From Clostridia bacterium (GTDB taxonomy: Bacteria > Bacillota > Clostridia > UMGS1810): DNA of 35,878 nucleotides. Made by a program: the position numbers and the translations under genes. Under the pieces are notes generated by a model, which was not told the origin of the DNA, made no database searches, and worked only from the letters and a program-made list of their open reading frames with translations. Positions 35,744 to 35,878 of the stretch are shown piece after piece; the first letter of the stretch is position 1, and every line of letters starts with the position of its first letter. The DNA is taken from contig JAZUPR010000019.1 in NCBI GenBank assembly GCA_045605285.1, positions 1 through 35,878 of the forward strand. The letters are read 5' to 3'.

Positions 35744-35878
35744 TGAACCGACCCCCAAAAGTTAGACCAAAAATCTTAGGATTGGGAGGTCGGTTTTTCT
35801 ATGGCAAAATATAGTTATGAATTTAAGAGAAAGGTGGTACAAGCATATTTAGATGGAAAAGGTAGTTATCCAACAATA
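35744..35878 (+). mobile_element. left end of an IS3-family insertion sequence (truncated by the window edge)
   Basis: The candidate terminal repeat starts with TG (TGAACCGACCCCC...). It is followed 57 nt later by an orfA-type transposase start. Confidence 0.6.
35801..35878 (+). CDS. IS3-family transposase OrfA (HTH), first 26 codons only
   Basis: Own translation: MAKYSYEFKRKVVQAYLDGKGSYPTI, the stereotyped N-terminus of IS3/IS150-group OrfA proteins. GGGAGG lies 11 nt upstream. Confidence 0.65.
   Translation, partial: MAKYSYEFKRKVVQAYLDGKGSYPTI

Noticed and set aside
1-35878. Scan for CRISPR arrays, tRNA/rRNA genes and phage or defence-system genes
   Set aside because: I saw no direct-repeat/spacer arrays and no cloverleaf-like GC-rich segments in the intergenic regions. 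I also saw no nuclease, methylase or integrase-type ORFs other than the truncated IS3 transposase at the right edge.

Overview
Low-GC chromosomal segment from an endospore-forming, SLH/S-layer-bearing Firmicute (Clostridia-like). Almost every gene is on the minus strand. No database search was possible. All calls rest on motifs read in the translations and on signals read by eye, and I re-derived many start codons from RBS positions. Left to right: a partial rubrerythrin, a class B PBP, YigZ, an isolated 135-aa P-loop protein, rpoC and rpoB. rpoBC is detached from the usual ribosomal-protein neighbours, and rpoB carries a 114-aa acidic tail. spoIVA (+) is divergent from rpoB and has a sigma-E-type promoter. 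An accessory surface block follows, with three SLH-domain proteins around the HU gene. The most interesting part is about 18.4-24.9 kb, a RiPP-like locus made of three transcription units, each with a near-consensus sigma-A promoter. (i) A PqqD-like RRE is translationally coupled to an S26B-type (Ser/His) peptidase that lacks an N-terminal anchor, and this overlaps an ABC half-transporter. (ii) A 302-aa secreted protein is followed by a 60-aa peptide gene with a YxxP leader-type motif, a strong RBS and its own terminator. (iii) An HPr-kinase-like P-loop protein is coupled to an SLH surface protein. No lasso cyclase, radical SAM, YcaO or LanM-type enzyme is present, so the locus fits no RiPP class I can name. 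To the right are a helical hypothetical protein, QueT (its leader has a preQ1-I-like tail), a tight DagK-like kinase / E2-CAT-fold acyltransferase (DHR changed to DER) / acyl-AMP ligase operon, MgtC, S41 Ctp peptidase, an M23 EnvC-like peptidase, FtsX, FtsE, a PucR/CdaR-type regulator, and the left end of an IS3-family element. I saw no tRNA, rRNA or CRISPR.
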